A stretch of DNA of 45,180 nt from a virus. Taxonomy: Duplodnaviria; Caudoviricetes. Of the stretch, positions 45,073-45,180 are shown piece by piece. The stretch is from positions 1 to 45,180 of IMG/VR virus record IMGVR_UViG_3300028586_000032; one strand, 5' to 3'. The notes under the pieces were generated by a model that saw only the letters and a program-made list of their open reading frames with translations, was not told the DNA's origin and did no database searches. Position numbers and translations under genes: made by a program. Every line of letters starts with the position of its first letter. Position 1 is the first letter of the stretch.

Positions 45073-45180
45073 TGCGCGCGCGGATCGAGCGGGCTGCCGG
45101 GGACCGCCATGACCTCGCGGCCAGCCTCGTTCGCGAGGCGCGCGGTGATCAGCGACCCGGATTTCGGCACCGCCTCGACC
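45054..45180 (-). pseudogene. dprA: Host dprA, upstream (5') part, interrupted; begins beyond window end
   Basis: [41 protein letters not shown] is the conserved DprA/Smf core. Confidence 0.93.

Noticed and set aside
44769-45170. 133-aa minus-strand ORF as an intact gene
   Set aside because: It is the interrupted dprA 5' part reading through into element DNA, antisense to a more plausible gene
1-45180. tRNA target or long direct-repeat att sites
   Set aside because: No tRNA recognised; the junctions share only 3 bp, as expected for a serine integrase

Overview
The window is an almost exactly delimited ~44.9 kb integrated siphovirus-type element (about 125..45056) in a GC-rich alphaproteobacterial host, probably Sphingomonadaceae (inferred from the MucR gene, GTTC-N7-GTTC LexA boxes and DUF6771-like gene). 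It sits inside the host dprA gene (minus strand) via a large serine recombinase with a 3-bp common core (GAT at 125-127 and 45054-45056); precise excision would rebuild dprA in frame. It carries a full head/long-tail gene set (TerS, TerL, portal, scaffold, capsid, connectors, tube, frameshifted chaperone, tape measure, lambda-like tip, two fibres including a 68-triplet collagen), dispersed lysis genes, a defence cluster (Shedu, Abi_C/HEPN-like, a second HEPN-like ORF) and a MucR homologue. Most striking: at least 18 TAAATA hexamers, resembling the T4-type late promoter core, lie in sense orientation ahead of genes, often 4-5 nt before the start codon. I recognise no sigma factor, late activator, CI repressor, helicase, polymerase or intact primase; I see only a primase-like Zn-binding domain and an apparently inactivated primase-polymerase. 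This suggests (inference) a virion-complete but helper-dependent element. Several unannotated RNA-level elements are also visible: a promoter/terminator-bounded ~200-nt structured RNA, a loop-pairing leader switch, and two type I toxin-like loci. All family calls come from motif recognition by eye, not database searches.
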